This document shows, piece by piece, positions 17,125 through 18,665 of a stretch of DNA of 18,665 bases. The translations under genes and the position numbers were made by a program. Numbering within the stretch: position 1 is the stretch's first letter; the number at the start of each line of letters is the position of its first letter. This stretch comes from a virus (Duplodnaviria > Heunggongvirae > Uroviricota > Caudoviricetes), in the IMG/VR virus record IMGVR_UViG_2681813261_000010, one strand, 5' to 3'. The notes under the pieces were generated by a model, which saw nothing but the letters and a program-made list of their open reading frames with translations, did no database searches and was not told where the DNA came from.

Positions 17125-18665
17125 CGGCTGCATTATCTGCCAGTGCCGCGTCAACAAGTGCCGGGCAGGCCTCAGCCAGTGCCACCGCCGCCGGAAAATC
17201 GGCAGAAAGCGCCGCATCATCCGCTTCAACAGCCACAACGAAGGCTGGCAAAGCCACTGAGCAAGCCACTGCAGCAGCGAGGTCTGCTTCTGCAGCAAAA
17301 ACCTCTGAAACAAATGCAAAGACTTCAGCAGACAATGCTGCTTCCTCTAAGGCAGCAGCCGCATCGTCAGCCAGTTCAGCGGCGTCATCGGCATCATCGG
17401 CGTCTGCTTCAAAAGATGAGGCGACCAGACAGGCGTCAGCAGCGAAGGGCAGCGCCACGACGGCATCCACGAAGGCGACAGAGGCTGCTGGTAGTGCGAC
17501 GGCAGCAGCTCAGAGCAAAAGTACGGCGGAATCTGCAGCAACGCGCGCTGAGACAGCGGCAAAACGGGCAGAGGATATTGCATCCGCCGTGGCGCTTGAG
17601 GATGCGAGCACGACGAAAAAGGGGATAGTACAGCTCAGTAGTGCGACTAACAGCACTTCCGAGTCACTGGCGGCAACACCAAAAGCCGTTAAGGCCGCGT
17701 ATGACCTGGCTAACGGGAAATACACCGCACAGGATGCAACGACAGCACAGAAAGGGATAATCCAGCTAAGCAGCGCGACCAACAGCACGTCTGAAACGCT
17801 GGCGGCAACGCCAAAGGCAGTAAAAGCAGCCAATGACAATGCTGAGAAACGTCTGCAGAAAGATCAGAACGGTGCGGATATCCCTGGCAAAGACACCTTT
17901 ACGAAAAATATTGGTGCCTGCCGTGCCTTCGGTGGGTCAGTAAGCACAACAACAGGAAACTGGACGACTGCACAGTTTATCGAGTGGCTGGATTCTCAGG
18001 GAGCATTTAACCATCCATACTGGATGTGCAAGGGTTCCTGGTCTTATGGCAATAATAAAATCATTACTGATACTGGCTGCGGTAATATTCATCTCGCCGG
18101 AGCTGTCATTGAAGTAATGGGGATAAAGTCAGCGATGACGATCCGCATTACCACTCCGACCACATCCAGCGGTGGCGGAACAACCAACGCCCAGTTTACC
18201 TATATTAATCACGGAACAGATTATTCACCTGGCTGGCGAAGGGACTATAACTCCAGAAATAAGCCAACGGCATCAGAGATCGGGGCGCTACCGTCAGGTG
18301 GAACAGCAGTATCATCAGTTAATCTGGCTTCAAAAGGTCGGGTAGCCGCGCTGACAGACAATACGCAGGGGGCAGCAGGTCTTGAGTTATACGAGGTGTA
18401 TAACAACGGATATCCAACAGCGTATGGAAATATCATTCACCTGAAAGGGATGACAGCCGTTGGCGAAGGTGAGTTACTCATCGGCTGGAGTGGTACAAGC
18501 GGTGCTCATGCTCCGGCATTTATTCGTTCACGACGGGATACGACCGACGCAAACTGGTCGCCGTGGGCGCAGCTTTACACCTCGGCTCATCCTCCTGCAG
18601 AGTTTTATCCAGTCGGTGCACCAATCCCGTGGCCATCAGATACCGTTCCGTCTGGTTATGCCCTG
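17125..18665 (+). CDS. stf: Side tail fiber Stf, internal fragment (copy 3, mosaic), running off the window end
   Basis: Open in the stf frame from 17127 to the window end. 17125-17419 is nearly identical to copy 1 (13151-13445); 17425-18665 appears identical to copy 2 (14983-16223, constant offset 2442). Confidence 0.75.

Noticed and set aside
13146-18665. Long near-identical repeats considered as a CRISPR array or IS element
   Set aside because: The repeats are hundreds to more than a thousand bp long, protein-coding (stf), and lack short direct repeat/spacer periodicity or transposase genes. They are paralogous tail-fibre gene copies.

Overview
This window is the late (tail) region of a lambda-like siphovirus prophage, most likely from an Escherichia/Shigella-type enterobacterial genome. 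All genes are on the + strand in canonical lambda order: 3' end of FII, then Z, U, V, G, G-T (-1 frameshift), H (tape measure), M, L, K, I, J, lom, stf, tfa. Gene identities rest on reading the six-frame translations and comparing them with lambda proteins from memory; no alignment or database search was run. J is broken by an in-frame TGA and a frameshift. The right third (12.3-18.7 kb) is a patchwork of stf, lom and tfa paralog fragments whose junctions coincide with N-runs, so this is a draft scaffold and adjacency there should not be trusted. The most unusual feature is a ~340 bp AT-rich insertion between I and J, where lambda has only a short spacer. It carries a near-consensus sigma70 promoter and a strong intrinsic terminator on the minus strand, bracketing a ~95 nt non-coding unit: a candidate prophage-encoded small RNA moron. 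No integrase, att site, tRNA or CRISPR array is visible.
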